Source of the DNA: Mustelus asterias
Taxonomy: Eukaryota
Reading direction: 5' to 3'
Assembly: GCF_964213995.1 (NCBI RefSeq)
Contig: NC_135830.1
Span: 11,098,001-11,162,000 of the forward strand
DNA: 64,000 bases
The notes beneath the pieces were generated by a model, which had not been told where the DNA came from, searched no databases, and was given only the letters and a program-made list of their open reading frames with translations. Positions 62,337 through 64,000 of the stretch are shown one piece after another; position 1 is the stretch's first letter; each line of letters starts with the position of its first letter. A program made the position numbers and the translations under genes.

Positions 62337-63355
62337 AGTAAGAAGTCTCACAACACCAGGTTAAAGTCCAACAGGCTTATTTGGAATCATGAGCATTCGG
62401 AGAGCTGCTCCTTCATCAGGTAAGTGTAGAGGCAGGTTTCACAAACACGGCATATATACACAAAGACACAATTGTAAGATAATGGTTGGAATGAGAGTTT
62501 TTTCAGGCAATCAAGTCTTTACAGGTACAGATAATGCAAGTGGCGAGAGGGACAATCACAAGTTAAGGAGGTGCGAATTGTCTCAAACCAGGACAGTTAG
62601 TAGGATTTTGCACTTCCACGCCAATTGGTTACATGTAGTGCGACATGAATCCAAGATCCCGGTTGAGGCCGTGCTGATGCAAGCGGAACTTGGCTATCAG
62701 CTTCTGCTCGGCGATTCTGCGTTGTCCTATGTCTTGAAGGCCACCTTGGAGAGTGCTTAGCCGGACGTCCGAGGCTGAATGCCCTTGACTGCTTAAACGT
62801 TCCCCGCAAGGAAGGGAACACTCCTGCCTGGTGACTATTGTGCAGTGTCAGTTCAGCCGTTGTAGCATCTGCATGGATTCGCCGATGTACGACGCCTCTG
62901 GACATCGTTTTCTACGTATGAGGTAGACAACGTTGGCCGAGTTGCATGGGTATGTACCGTGTACCGGGTGGAGAGAATTTTCATGTGTGATGATGGCATC
63001 CATGTCGATGGTCCGGCACGTCTTGCAGAGATTGCCTTGGCAGAGTTGTTTTGTGCCGTGGTCGCTGTTTTCCTGAAGGGTGGGTAGTTTGCTGCTACCA
63101 ATAGTCTGTTGGAGTTTGCGCGGTTTTTGAAGGCAAGTGGTGGGGGTGTGGCGATGGCCTCATCGATGACATGTTGAAGGCTCCGAAGAAGATGCCGTAA
63201 TTTCTCCGCTCCGGGGAAATACTGGACGACGAAGGGCACACTGTCGGCCATGTATTCTGTTTGCCTTCTGAGGAGGTCAGTGCGGTTTTTCGCTGAGGCG
63301 CGGCGGAACTGTCGATCAATCAGTCGAGCGTCACATCCCCTTGTTACGAGGAGAT
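62337..63355 (-). mobile_element. Penelope-like retroelement 3' part (GIY-YIG endonuclease) with pLTR
   Basis: Frameshifted VPFVVQYFPG...CNSANVVYLIR...YIGE...HGLNRDLGFMSHY; pLTR at 62337-62420. Confidence 0.9.
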
Positions 63356-63489
63356 GCACCTCATTCTACTGACCTTTGCCAACTTGCTGTGTTTTAACTT
63401 ATAATAAAACCTTTATTGATAATAAAAACAGCAGAAGTTCTAAGTTCTCAGTAGGTTTGTGCTCCTGTATCTCTGTTTAAGTCCCTGCA

Positions 63490-64000
63490 TCGCTGTGTGT
63501 GTGCATCTATATCTGTCTGTGTGCCCCTTACTCTGTGCATTCCCCTGTATCGTGTATACACCGCTCTCTCTCTGTGTGTGCCCCTAAATATGTGTATGCC
63601 CAATCTCTATGTGTGTGCCCCGGGTCTGTGTATGCCCAATATCTCTGTGTGTGCCGCTGAGTCTGTGTGTGCCCCTGAATTTGTGTACGCCCCACTACCT
63701 CTCTGTGTCTGTCCCTGTATCTGTGTGTGCACCACTCTGTGTGTGTGTGTGCCGCAGAGTCTGCGTGTGCTCCTGGCTCTCTGTATGCCCCAGTATCTCT
63801 GTTTGTGTGCTCCTGTATTTCTGTTTGTGTGTGTGTGTGTGTGCCCCTCTATCTCTGAGTGCCCCTCAATCTGTGCGTCTCCCTGTATCTGTGTGAACCC
63901 TGGTATCTGTGTGAGTGTGCGTCCCTGTATCTACCTTCATGTGTGTCACTGTATATGCGTGTTTGCCACGGTATCTTTGTGTCTCTCCGTGTGTGTATGC
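63490..64000. repeat. TG/TC-rich low-complexity minisatellite
   Basis: Repeated GTGTGTGCCCCTGTATCTCT-like units to the window end. Confidence 0.85.

Noticed and set aside
63609-63896. Cys/Val-rich ORF
   Set aside because: Translation of a TG-rich minisatellite.

Overview
Eukaryotic, repeat-rich DNA from a cartilaginous fish (shark-type CR1/Rex1/Penelope LINEs, HE1-like SINEs and a NAR-TCR V segment; the species cannot be determined). Bases 1-37,200 are the V-segment array of a T-cell receptor alpha/delta locus with 11 V segments in mixed orientation. One is a NAR-TCR V pseudogene. Ten are TRAV/TRDV-like: one looks functional, one is intact only via a GC-AG intron, one is an open ORF lacking both canonical Cys, and seven are pseudogenes. 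Most have a leader exon and a 22-24 bp spacer RSS. From about 45,900 to 62,000 lies a decaying, duplicated tRNA cluster. It contains an intact tRNA-Cys(GCA), an intron-containing tRNA-Pro(TGG), a divergent tRNA-Thr(TGT), and Glu/Lys/Val/Asn/Pro/Cys pseudogenes. A Penelope element and a TG-rich minisatellite close the window. Most notable observations: an 18-nt canonical-position intron in a vertebrate tRNA-Pro; CTCF-like motifs exactly 25 bp 3' of the RSS in three V genes; a NAR-TCR V with a nested 12/24-spacer RSS; a deletion across a RAG cleavage site; an intronless leader-V gene; a tRNA-Arg/LINE-tail chimeric retrocopy; a CRE minisatellite promoter; two long inverted repeats; and Penelope hammerhead cores. 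All calls were made by eye; repeat boundaries are approximate.
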